A stretch of 63,490 nt of DNA, the filler included, from Squatina squatina (taxonomy: Eukaryota): NCBI GenBank assembly GCA_031763465.1. It is 4 parts of 4 records of this genome, joined end to end, with 100 filler letters (N's around TTAATTAATTAA, not from the genome) between each part and the next. Parts side by side here need not be neighbours in the genome. Positions count along the whole stretch, not along the records: positions 1 to 17,239 come from JARFOE010000176.1; 3 more parts are not named here. The stretch is one strand, 5' to 3'. A model generated the notes under the pieces. It did no database searches. It was given only the letters and a program-made list of their open reading frames with translations, and was not told the DNA's origin. Below, in pieces: positions 1-11,249 of this stretch (position 1 is the stretch's first letter; every line of letters begins with the position of its first letter). A program made the position numbers and the translations under genes.

Positions 1-581
1 ATCAATTTACATAATGGGGATTTACGGGTTTCAAGACAGAAGTTCTGCCTCTTCCCCACCCCACGCTGCCACCACCTAAAAAGACTTTGAGCGCCGCATA
101 GCGCTCCGTTAAAGGGGAAGGCACGCTGAGAGCTCTGCAATGGGGTGAGGGGCCATCACTTCTCCACTTAGGAGCGGGGTGCCGTAGCAGCAGCCCAGTA
201 CAAAAGTGGAGTGCCAGGCTGCAGCATCATGGCACGGACCCCACGAANNNNNNNNNNTCCGTCAAAGTAAGTCAGCCATTGAAAAAACTTGTGCGCCGCA
301 CTTTCTCTTTAAATTTCGCCCTGCGAGAGGACTGCGGCCTGATTCACGACCCACAAGGTTGGTGCGGACATCATGGCGCCTCATGAGGCGCTACCACAGT
401 TCTGCTCCGGGGCGGAAACTGGTCGCTGTGCCAGTGCAGCGGCCCAGGGCGCTACCGGTTTGCACCTCCGCTAACTCCCGCGGAATTTTGTGGCCCCGCG
501 CCCCGGTCAAGAAATCATTTGCGCCCTGTTAATGCCCCTAGGGGCACTAACGGGAGGCACAAATGATGTGAATTTCTCCCC
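1..581. mobile_element. GC-rich non-autonomous DNA transposon fragment(s), probably Harbinger-type, right end
   Basis: The CpG-rich tract ends in GAATTTCTCCCC, the reverse complement of the GGGG(A/T)GAAATT terminus seen at ~6550, ~10307, ~51236 and ~59000. Internal motifs recur in reverse at ~33460-33520. Confidence 0.55.
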
Positions 582-631
582 CTTTATCTTAAATATGATT
601 GCTTTTATTTTCTTTGTTTATTTTGAACCAG

Positions 632-782
632 GCCTGAGGGGACTGATGATAGCAGTAATGATGGCAGCTTTAATGAGTTCACTCACCTCAATCTTTAACA
701 GCAGCAGCACACTCTTCACCATCGATATCTGGCAACGATTCCGCAGAAACGCCACCGAACAGGAGCTGATGATTGTTGGCAG
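632..782 (+). CDS. SLC5A9: Sodium/glucose cotransporter 4 (SGLT4), internal exon, 151 bp
   Basis: Pyrimidine tract, ccag| acceptor and AG|gtacct donor. Encodes [51 protein letters not shown], closest to SLC5A9 among recalled SLC5 paralogues. The SPATA6 neighbour supports orthology. Confidence 0.9.
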
Positions 783-1186
783 GTACCTTCACATTTCAAC
801 AAGACTGATAATCAAAAAATAATCTAGAGGATGATATCTTTGTTTCCCTTCCACCCCATCTTTTAGTATTAGGACAAAAATGTAAAAGAATCACGAAATT
901 ACCGCCAATGTTCCTTGTAAACTTCTTTATTCTGCGCAGCCTGTTTGTTTTAATTCCTGGCCCCTTTAAATTTCTGCACATGTGCGGTATTTACAATGTA
1001 AAAGCCAGTGAGCGGGCAGCACGGGACCTTTCTCATTACTGCGTGGTCACACAGCTTGGAGAGAACATTGCTTACTGCAGCGCTGATTTAAGTAGCCAGC
1101 GCTGCCACCGAGACCAGCTGGTAGCTTTATTACCATGTTCAAAAGGGCGCGTGCGGAATGGCCCCAGGGCTGTGTTGGACACCTAA

Positions 1187-2163
1187 CGGTAGATTTTCAA
1201 CTTGCTGCCCAGGCGTAAAACTGACATTGCGGATCAACCGCCCGTTATAAAAACCACCCGATTTTCATCTCCAGCAGAAGCATACCAGGTTGTCTTGCTG
1301 TGAGAGAAGTGCTCTGTTCTCTTCGATCCTCACCTACATTCCAACAGCTGCAGAGAGGGGTTAACAAACCTCATTTTGGCAAAGTTTATTGGTCGAGGCT
1401 CCTCTTCCAATGACAGCTGTGCCGGCAATCGTCTCGGTGACATCACAATGAGATGTAAATGCCTGTCTACTCCTTATGCTGGAGTGTTCTTAAGAAGCAT
1501 CCCAATCACAGCATGTCATGCTTTACACAGAAATGCACGAAAGAAGGCACGCCAGGATGATCAGGAGCTAGCGTTGCTCATTTAGTTGCACCTGCCAAGA
1601 TGTGGGCTCTGAAAAACCCACCTGTGAATGACTGTGATGGCCTACCTTGCCAGTGTCCAGATGAGAAGAGGGGAAGATGTTAAGCTCTGCCATCTGGTGC
1701 AAGGACTCTAGCGCAACCATGCAACATAGAGCTTGCACATATATAGGGTCAATAACAGTCAGCTGTGGCCTGAAACTTGGCTTCAGTTTCTTGAATCATG
1801 CTGCAGTGCTGATCTATAGGATGGTGCTGTAGAAAGGCACAAGTGGAAACCCACCTTGCAAGCATTGGGGAGAAGAGCCATTAAAGACCAGGCCAATTGT
1901 TGGGCTATATCGTCACTTTTCCACCACAAACTTTTGTTCCCTTGTGACACTCCCCTTTAATGGTCGCAATCCCTTTCAAAATTGAATTGCATGTGATTTT
2001 CATTGATTAAATTCCTAGAATTAATAGTGTTTACTTGGAATTTGAATCATTCGCAGGATATTGATTAGCCCGCCCATTATACACCCAGCCTGATTTTCTT
2101 TACCATTGAAGTCAATGGATATTGCCCAGTTTACACCCCCGCGGAAGCTGAAAAATTCCAGCT
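1187..2163. mobile_element. Old DNA-transposon-derived tract bounded by MITE-like ends
   Basis: GGTAGATTTTCAACTT at the left and AAGCTGAAAAATTCCAGC at the right are imperfect inverted ends. The subterminal motif CGCCC(G/A)TTATA occurs at both ends. Confidence 0.35.
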
Positions 2164-2242
2164 ATATGTAAATTAATTTTAGGCAAAAAAATTGAATGCG
2201 ATTAGTAATGAATTCTGGTGGCTATTAAAGAAGTGAAAACTA

Positions 2243-3010
2243 GGGAGTAGACTTTCAGGTTGGGCATTGAATTGTGGGGCCCATCAAAATGTAACAGGCA
2301 GGAGGCCCGAACTACTTTCAGGTTCGGCCCTCATTAACAAATGAGCACCTCGCTGCCGCTCACGAGTTTAGTGAGGAAGAAAATTTGGCCGGATACTGCA
2401 TGCAGCCAGCCAGCAGGTAGGGGCTGTTGGAGGGAGTGGTGCGGATGCGGATTATTCGGGGTGGGCAGGGGGAACAGGCTCACAGTGGCCTGGAGAAAGT
2501 GCGACTATCATGCACTCTGCATGCTTTCCCCTATTGCACCTTGAAAGTTGCACTCCATGTCCCATAACAGGCATAAGACCCTGATTTGCATATTTAAACA
2601 ACCTCTCGCCTGTTTTGGGCGGGAGTGCTGGGTGTCCATTTAAAGGCCTGCCTGAAATTTGATTCAGATGGGCAAATGGGTGCTCAAGCTCCACACCAGA
2701 TTTTCAGCTGCCCGTTGTACATTTTTGAGGTGTGAAATGGGTGGCTAATGGAACACTGACATGCAGCTCCCCGATTGGCGGGGGGTGGGGGAAGGGTGGA
2801 TCTGGCAGCTCCTCCGTGAACATGAGCTGGCAGCGACACTTTGGGGAGAACAGGTGATAGTGAGTGAGGATGTTCTACATTCAATTCCACTGGCCAGAAA
2901 CCCAAAATTCCATCTGGATCCAAAATACTTTATAGGACCCCGAGTAAATGTATTATTGAGGCTCACCTCTTTCAGGCGGGAGTGCTGGCGACCTATTTGA
3001 AAGCCCCTCC
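2243..3010. mobile_element. Non-autonomous DNA transposon (Harbinger-like MITE)
   Basis: Imperfect terminal inverted repeats GGGAGTAGACTTTCA ... TGAAAGCCCCTCCC around a GC-rich interior in AT-rich intron. Confidence 0.45.
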
Positions 3011-3893
3011 CAAATTGCAGCAGGCGAAAAGACACTGGGATGTTGTCATGAAGTTTTATTTTTCAGATTTGCATCTCATTACCGGCTCATTTTTTTTAGT
3101 GTGAACAGGGCAGTAGCAAGATGAAAATCAGTCCCCTAGTTATACTGCAGTTTTTAAATAGAAGTGTAGGGAGAAAGAATGTGAACTTCAGCATAACTTG
3201 GTCATAGAATGAAACTTTCTGTTGCTTAGATCTAGGTGTGTGTGTGCCTGTGATAGGGAGAGGGACAGGGAGGAAATTGAATACATCTAGTGAGGATCTA
3301 CCTGCTAACACCCACAAAGAAAAGTGCATTTCCCATATTTTACACATGCAGCCTATGATGTTTGCTGTTCGACTCAAACTTATTTTATATCTATTGACCA
3401 TTTTCTACATTAAATTGCTTGCATGTATTCGTAGGTTAATATTCTTCTGGCTTACAGTGCATGTGAGTGGCTTCTGTTAATATAGGAGATTCTGAGCACA
3501 CCCAGCCTGACACCTATAGAGCACAGCTTGTTGTGTTGCTCCAACTTATAACAGCAATTAATCACATGCTCATACACTTATGCATGCTGCGTCCGCTGTT
3601 TAGCATGTATGTAGTCCTGTGTTGTAGCTTCACCAGGTTGGCACCTGATTTTCTGATGATAGGTTTTGTTCCCAAATCAACATGAGTGAACCAATTGCAT
3701 TTTTATGACAACCCGACAGCTTCACGGTCACTTTGCTAATACCAGCTTTTTAGTCCAGATTTATTTATTTTAACTGAATTCAACTTCTCAATATCTCTTC
3801 AACCAAGCTTTTGGTCACTCCTTTTAATCTCACCTTTATTGACTCGGTGTCCATTTTCTATATGCTTATTCTGAAGGCGTATACAAATGGAAG

Positions 3894-5376
3894 TTGTTAT
3901 CTATCAGGATTGATGTTTTGAGTTTGCCTTGTACAAACTACGGTAGCTCAATTGTGTAAGTATAAATCACGTAAGTATAAAGCAGGCTGCCCTCTGTTCA
4001 CGCTCTGTTCAGCTCAGTTCAGCAGTCGAGACCCAGCCTTAGTCTAGTGCATTGTGAATACAATGTTTGTTTCAAGTTGCTGGGTCATCTCAAGTCCTTT
4101 CCAACAACACAAGTAACCCACGCAGAGATCCACCTATTCACACGAGAGCCACCAATCCATCAAGAGAGTCGCCAACCTAAATAAAATTGGCGACGCAGGA
4201 TTGGATCACGAATCGAATCGATTGTGAAGTTGGACTTGGAAAGCAGGCCACAGCAACAAGCCAGCCTGCAGCGAAAAGCCAATCGCCTGCAACTGAAAGA
4301 ACAAGCCGAGCCGCCACAGACCAAAGAGTCGTGAGTAAAAGCCCGCCCGCATCGTTAAAAGCCGCCGCATCGGGGGAAAGCCCACCCACATCGTTTAAAA
4401 AAGCCGCCCGGGTCGTGGAAAAGTCCGTGGCATTGCTGAAAAGCCCGCTCACGTCGTTAAAACCACCGCATCGGGGAAAGTTCGCCCACATCGTTCACAG
4501 CCGCCCGCATCGCCATAAGCCCGCTCGCAGCGTGGAAAAGCTCGCTGCGTTGCTCAAAAGCCGCCACATCGCTGAAAAGGCTCGCCGCATTGGTGACCAA
4601 GCCCACCAGAAGCGCTAAAAAGAGCCTGCCAAAAGCGTTGAAAAAAAAAAAAGCCCTCCAGAATCGGGAAGAAGACGCAAACAAATTTGAAAAGCCCACC
4701 AGCCACCACCATGAGGCGCTGAAAAAATTTACAGCAGCCGCCATTTTGACCACCTCGAGGCACCGTGAAACGGAGCAGTTGCCATTACATATTTAACTTG
4801 GACTGAGAACTGGGTTTAAAAAGAAAGAAAAGTGCCTTCTTGCAAAAACCCGTGAGTTAAGGTCGTATAAGACCATAAGAAGTAGGAACAGGAGTAGGCC
4901 ATTCGGCCCCTCGAGCCTACTCCGCCATTCGATTGGATCATGGCTGATCCGACATTCCTCAAGTCCACCTTCCCGCCCTTTCCCCATAACCCTTGATTCC
5001 CTTACTGATTAGAAATCTATCTATCTCAGCCTTAAATATACACAAGGACTCNNNNNNNNNNNNNNNNNNNNNNNNNNNNNNNNNNNNNNNNNNNNNNNNN
5101 NNNNNNNNNNNNNNNNNNNNNNNNNNNNNNNNNNNNNNNNNNNNNNNNNNNCACGCTTTGTTCAGCTGTTCATGCTCTGTTCAGTTCAGTTCAGTAGTCT
5201 AGACCCAGCCTTAGTCTAGTCCTGGAGAAGCCTGCTAGTTGTGAATACAATGTTTGTTTCAAGTTGCTGAGTCATCTCAAGTAATTTCCAACTCCAACAC
5301 AAGTAACCCACGCAGAGAGCCACCTATTCACACAAGAGCCACCAATCCATCAAGAGACTCGCCAGCCTACATAAAA
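3894..5376 (+). mobile_element. LTR retroelement (Gypsy-like): 5' LTR 3894-4186, PBS 4188-4207, repetitive leader, gap, partial 3' LTR 5152-5376
   Basis: Direct repeat of ~3995-4186 at ~5152-5376, both ending ATAAAA. TGGCGACGCAGGATTGGAT follows the first copy and resembles the complement of a tRNA-Ser 3' end. Flanks GGAAG (3889-3893) and GAAAG (5377-5381) form a 4/5 target-site duplication. Confidence 0.8.
4866..5051 (-). mobile_element. CR1 LINE 3' end nested in the LTR element
   Basis: ATAAGACCATAAGAAGTAGGAACAGGAGTAGGCCATTCGGCCC is the reverse complement of the CR1 tail seen at 60577-60650. Confidence 0.85.
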
Positions 5377-5793
5377 GAAAGTTGTTGTTGTACATCTCTC
5401 TGCTTAATATGAGTGTTTGGAGATTCATGGAGAATTATTTATGCAACTGTTACACAAAAGGAAAAGCATCTGTCCAGTTATTTATAAAGGTCTTTTAGTT
5501 TTCAAAAATTCCATATCTGCAGAAATGAGAAACACTCATGCTGAATAACTGATTTACTCCACTGCCCTTTTTGCTTGTAATAATTAGGAGATCTCGAGTG
5601 CTTTGATTATTATTAGGAAAGTGTCTATAAATAAAGAAGGCGGTTGGTGGACACACACAAATCAGCACGGAGACCTTGCAGTTGTCTTATGGAACACCTG
5701 ACCTGTACAGAAGATGTGCCTGAATGTTGTTTTCCCTTATTTATCAAGGCATTTAAATTTTCTCATGCGTGTGCATTTTTTTTCTTTTGGCAG

Positions 5794-5962
5794 GATATTC
5801 ATTATTTTCCTAGTTGCCGTCAGTATAGTGTGGATCCCTATTATCCAGACAGCTAACAGTGGCCAGCTCTTTGACTACATTCAGTCTGTTACCAGTTACC
5901 TGGCACCACCGATCACCGCACTTTTCATCATGGCAATGTTCTGGAAGAGAGTCAATGAACCG
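5794..5962 (+). CDS. SLC5A9: SGLT4, next internal exon, 169 bp
   Basis: ttttggcag| acceptor and CCG|gtaaga donor. Phase-compatible with the exon at 632-782. Encodes [56 protein letters not shown]. Confidence 0.92.
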
Positions 5963-6548
5963 GTAAGAACTAATACCAGTGAGAGCTGTTACAATTACTA
6001 TTATTTAATACCCCATTAATGTCGAAAATCTGCTGAAGTTCACCTCAAATCTTTATGGATGATGTCTTTCAAAATATATAAATGCAAGTTGTTTTACAAA
6101 AGATCGACGCAAAAATAATCCACACTGCTGAAGGAGCACTTTTCTTTCAGCAGAAGAGTACTGTTCTTAGAATAGTTCCAAATCAGCAATGTCCCCACCT
6201 CACTTGTCAGAGTATAATCCCATGGGCTCTGACAGCCCTTCAGTAGTCCAGCCAAGTGGCTATTCTTCAGTTACAAGTATAGACATTATTGGAAGGATAT
6301 TTGATGTGGGGTCATTACAATCAAGCCCAATCCTGTTTCTATCCAACTTCTACGAGTACACATTTTTCAACAGGTGCCGCTAAAAAGTGATCAAGACCCT
6401 GGCTGTTTCTACCCACTCTAGCCTAACGACACCGAGATGAACTGGTGGCTCCATCATCACACCAGTTGAAATCATGGATCCTTCATCCAATTTCTCTTTT
6501 ATGTGCTGTTAGTTTCTAAGTGGGCAGAATGGTATCTGAAAAACATAT

Positions 6549-6971
6549 GGGGGGTGAAATTGGGTAGCGCTTTTGTTAAGGCGTTACACAAAATGTTAAT
6601 TGTGCCTAGAGGCGGAGGTGCAATGACGTCGCAAAATTCAGTATTNNNNNNNNNNNNNNNNNNNNNNNNNNNNNNNNNNNNNNNNNNNNNNNNNNNNNNN
6701 NNNNNNNNNNNNNNNNNNNNNNNNNNNNNNNNNNNNNNNNNNNNNCCTCCCCCTTAAGGGAGACCTGGCAGTGCTGCTGACGTTGCTGGTGTGGCACTGA
6801 AGCCACGCCAGCAACGTCCAAGGCCAGCCACCCCATTTCCACCCGGGAGCACGCTGGGGCTCCCTCGCGCCCCGGAGCAATGAAATATGGGGCGGGCGGG
6901 AGCAAGCCTGAGAAATGCCGTCTCCCGCCTCATAAACGCCCCAATGGGACGCAAATCCATTTCGGCCCCCC
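6549..6971. mobile_element. Harbinger-type MITE ends across a gap
   Basis: GGGGGTGAAATTGG at the left and CCATTTCGGCCCCC at the right, with a CpG-rich interior. Confidence 0.55.
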
Positions 6972-7989
6972 TCTGTCTGAAGGAAATTAGTTTGACTAAT
7001 TGATTAATGAAGAAAGTCAAATGTCTTTTTGTAAATTCTAAAGTATAGATCAAGCATGTGTTTTTGTTTGTATTTAATGTTTTAGACTATTATTACTATT
7101 GCAAATTAAAGAGAATTTGAACAAAATGGTACACATGAAATTATCTGATGCATTTTTAAAGTTTGTTTATGTGCAGAACAAAACAAAAGCCCTAAAGGTG
7201 TAAATTGAGCTTTCATGCTGCACTGCAAAACTAATTGGAAACAGTTTTGTCAGCACACTAACATCTGCTGTGTGGTTACCTAGAGCTTTCCATTTTCCCT
7301 CCTCTGGGCTCAGGCAATGCATCAGTTCTGATTGATTTTTAAGCAGTTTATAGAAGGCAATAACCCTCATCACCCAAACATGCTGCACTTCTGAATTAAC
7401 TCCTGGGCTACGTTTAAACAGGTTTATTAATAAGACTGATTACTTCAACTTTTTAGAACATAGAATGATAACAAACAAAAGCATTTGCAGGCCTCACAGA
7501 AAACTTGCTCAATTATGCTTCATACTAACTATCTTAAAAAGATTGTGACTCATAACAATCATCAGTCTGCTGAGCCTTTGTGAACAGCACGACCTGAAAG
7601 ACACGCTGGCATTGACAAGTTTCAGACGGAAGCAAGTATGGAGTAAATTGCCTCTACAAAATGCTTGCTCAAATGCCTTATATATCGCATCAAGAGAGTT
7701 TCACTACCAGTTGGATGATTATAAGTAACACATTTATTTCACCTAGAGGGCCAACCACTGAATGCATGACTAATTTTTCAGATGAAACATGCACACAGCT
7801 GAATTTTATTAATGACCTACCATATGTACCCATTTTATAATTAAAGATTATAGTCCTGACACTTACAAAATGGGATTTGTGCATTAATATTGAACAGGAA
7901 CTAATTTACAAGTAAATATTATGAGGAACATACAAATTATGTCACTAGGTAGGAAATAATATATCATTTCTAAAATCATATTAGATTTG

Positions 7990-9250
7990 ACAACACGACC
8001 AAGTACTTTGGTGACAAAAGGATGGTTGGAAATGGGCGATAGTTTCAAGGAGAGAGGTTTTTTTTGAGGAGTACGGTAATGATGGAGGACTCCTCCGGGC
8101 TCCACAATAACAACCTGGTCCCTCCCGAGAACAGACCTACCTTCTTCCAGTCCGGAGACTGGCTGGGCTGCCCAATCTTGCACTGGTCTGGAACCGACGA
8201 CCTGTTCCACAGTACTCATTTTCCACCTGCAGCCTGCTGGCCCAATACTAATGAGGTCCAGCCATCAAAATGGACTGGGCCTCCCGTCGAGATTATTGGG
8301 TGACTGGTGGGTGCGCTCCGCTGGCTGCTTGGGGGAGAGTCTGCCCCATAATGTCAATGCAATCATCCACAATAAGTCATGGATAGCAAGGGCCATGATT
8401 GGGAGCGAACGCATGTTCTGGCCATTGATTGTTGATCCGCTGGCAGAGCCCAATCAGGTATGGTGGGTGAAATGAGCGAGATGGAAAGGAGATTGGTGAG
8501 ATTAGCCCCCAGTGTGCGTGCTGGCTGTGAAGGTCAGCAAGAGAGGAGGATGGGGCAATTGGGGTTGCTGCCTGTCTGGAGGTAACGATGCATGCTTCAG
8601 TGGGTCCTTTGCAAAATGCCAAAACAGGCACAGTGGATAGCATTGGGCATTGGGCACAGAGATTCAAGTCTGGGACAGTAGCAGGAGAGCAGGAAGGCAG
8701 AGAAATAATGATTGGTTGGAGTCAGCATTGAGAGGACAAAGTGGGGCTCAGGTACGGAGCGGTAGCTGAAATGAATGGATAAAGGGAATGCAGGTTACGG
8801 AGGCATGGCAAAAGTTAGTAACTGGTAGTAAATGGAGAATAGAAAGGAGGCAACTGGAGTGAGTCCAAAATTAAAGTTAGAGGTCTGTGGTGGGATGACG
8901 TTAACTTGTAGATAGGGTGGATTCAGTTTAGAGCACTGACGGCCTAATGTTCAGGTTCGGAGACAGTTGTAGAAAGTGAGTGAAGCCAGGAGTTGTTTGA
9001 GGGGTAAATATCAGTAAGCACACTGCTAGAGGTTTTCCTGTGGAAAAAGAGCCAAGGCGGTGTAGAGAATTGATCATAAACCAGAATCACGTTGATCCAG
9101 GGGTCTAGTAGAGATGAATAGTAGCCTGGTTCTTAGTAGTGCACACCAACGGATCCAGTATACCAGTGGAGGCATATCAGTGACAATAAGAAGCAGACGG
9201 AAAGCAGCAAAACAATGGTCTGATGGCAGAGGAATCTGGGAAATTAATTT
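7990..9250 (-). mobile_element. Mosaic of decayed L2-clade LINE ORF2 fragments with a MITE piece (~8086-8330)
   Basis: Minus-strand PISNHPFVTKVLGRVV matches the pre-RT motif RPISNLPFLSKVLERVV. QNMRSL..ALAIHDL/VDDCIDIM is the start of an APE endonuclease. Many frameshifts. Confidence 0.65.
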
Positions 9251-9329
9251 TGAGCAGAGTTCCATCGATTGAAAATAGCACACTGTTGAAGGACACGTCT
9301 GAAGACGCTCACATGTGGACTCAGTTCAA

Positions 9330-10280
9330 GACTTTCCTCTGCCACCGTAACTTCATCAGAAGTGCATCAGAAATCCTGTTTTTGTGTGTAGATGGAGGAA
9401 ATTACTGGAATAAGATTCCTGAAGAACTGTGCACATCCTGCAACCAGACTTGGGAACCACTTCCAGGAGACGAATGGTTCTGACAGTGGTTGTGAAGGTC
9501 ACAGCTGCTTTGAATTGTTATGTGGCAGACTCCTTCCAACAGCAGGAGATCATTGTCATATCGCCCAACTTTAAGTGTACACTTGAATCAGGCAGTTCAC
9601 CAATTTTGTTTGCCAGTAAATTCATCAGTTTGTTTTTTTAAAGGAGCCAACAGCAGGAAAGAACCTTCCATTTTTTTGACTTGTGGCAGGATTCGCCAGA
9701 GTGCAGGGAATTAATTGATGGTGCTTAAGTGGCCGTACGCACCTCCATACTCATTCATAAACAGAAAGGGCAAGCACTGCATGAACATCTGTGACTGTGG
9801 GAACAGAATTTTCAACATAAATGCCCATTATTCTGGAAGTTCCCATGATTCCATCATCTTATGACAAACAACTGAGCCAATACTAACTGAAAGAACATGC
9901 ACACTGCAGGGGGAGCTGTTGGCGGTCAAAGGCTATGCACGGCAGCCCTGCTTCAGGATTCCACTGTGTAATTGAAGGACAAAATCTGAGAGGAGATACA
10001 ATGCAGCGTATAATTTAACTAGTATTTTATTCGAGCATACTCTCTGCATTCTCAAGCAACATTTCAGGTGCCTGGAAAGGCCAGCAGTACACGAGAGGTG
10101 CTACTGTAAAGACTAGCTAAAGTCTCCAAGGTTTGGACCATGCTGTGTCCTCTACAATTCAACCCTGTAAAAGGACATAGCCAATGACCAGGCAGGGGAA
10201 GAAAGGCAGAAAGTAGAGGAAGAAGATGAAGATGGGCATGAGGCAGAACACATACCTGTGTGAAGAACAGCACAATCAGT
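9330..10280 (+). pseudogene. Decayed PIF/Harbinger (HARBI1-like) DDE transposase
   Basis: Collinear motifs across frameshifts: VVVKVTAALNCYVADSFQ, AGFARVQG-IDG, FINRKGKHCMN, INAHYSGSSHDSIIL, LLAVKGY, ERRYNAA, FEHTLCILKQHFRCL, CCVLYN, then an acidic tail. Confidence 0.8.
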
Positions 10281-10306
10281 CATTCAGCAAGATCTAACAG
10301 ACTAAA

Positions 10307-11150
10307 GGGGTGAAATTCGATAAAGCCTGAAAACGGGCGCATCCATATCTTGCATCACAGTGGATACACTCATTCAGAAAGTGCAGGCAGCATGTCAATT
10401 TGGTGCTGCCTGCTAATTTAAATGATTGCACCGCACAGCCTGGCGACAAACATGCTGCTGACAGGCTGTGCGCTCAGCAGGGGGCCCAAGTTTGCATTGA
10501 TGGAGCGAGGCTGCCTTTATTTAAAGCTAGCCTGTTCCTTTTCAAGGCAGCCACTAGCCCTTAAAGCTGAACTACTTTCTGCAAAAAAAATCCTTCACAA
10601 CTAGGTAGTCTGCAGCTCTTAAAGCTGAACTGCCTTCTGCACATAAAAAATGCTAAAAGTGCTTCAGCACTAACACAAATGACTCAACAGACCAGGAAAG
10701 GGGTAACCAGGGTCTCAGATGCAGCACTCCAGCTTTGTACAGGGGGTCAACACTGAAAGAGACGTCCTCTAACCACAGGGGGCCAGGAGGTCCTTCAGAA
10801 AGAAGGATGTGGGACCAGATAGCCAAAGCCGTTACTGCCAGCAGTATTGCCCCCAGGACCTGGCTTCAGTGTCCAATGAAGCTCATGACCTCAGACAAAT
10901 GGACCAGGTCAGTGAATGCATCTTCAAAAGCCATCTCCTACTAACTGCACCACTAGCCGCACACACTGCACAATGCATGATACCCGCCCCCATCACTCAC
11001 CTACCAACAATCTCTACCAAACAGAAGGTACAGCTCTCATTCCTAGCTTCACTACATCCCCCTGGAGGAGACGGTGCTGACCATTCTTGGGAGGGGATGG
11101 ACAAACCCTTGGCCAGTGGTGGGGCTGAAAGAACACAAGATGCTGGTATC
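10307..11150 (+). mobile_element. Harbinger element left arm with decayed Myb/SANT-like DNA-binding ORF
   Basis: Starts with GGGGTGAAATT. ~10690-10910 reads RVSDAALQ ... RRMWDQIAKAVTASSIAPRTWLQCPMK, the W..IA..V....R...QC..K pattern of Harbinger Myb/SANT proteins. Confidence 0.7.
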
Positions 11151-11159
11151 CTCATACGT

Positions 11160-11249
11160 TATAGCGAGAGGTTTTGAGTATAGGAGCAGGGAGGTCCTAC
11201 TGCAGTTGTACAGGGCCTTGGTGAGGCCACATCTGGAGTATTGTGTGCA
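11160..11249 (+). mobile_element. CR1 ORF2 C-terminal fragment
   Basis: IARGFEYRSREVLLQLYRALVRPHLEYCV. Confidence 0.85.

Noticed and set aside
4187-4618. Histone H1 or protamine-like gene
   Set aside because: No globular H1 domain and no ATG start. The composition follows from the DNA repeat.
4330-4720. Periodic repeats as a CRISPR-like array
   Set aside because: The units are degenerate and contiguous with no unique spacers, there are no cas genes, and they sit inside an LTR element in vertebrate DNA.
8064-8475. Overlapping plus-strand ORFs as a viral or foreign insert
   Set aside because: They resolve into minus-strand L2 endonuclease sequence plus a MITE fragment that shares motifs with ~56930-56990.
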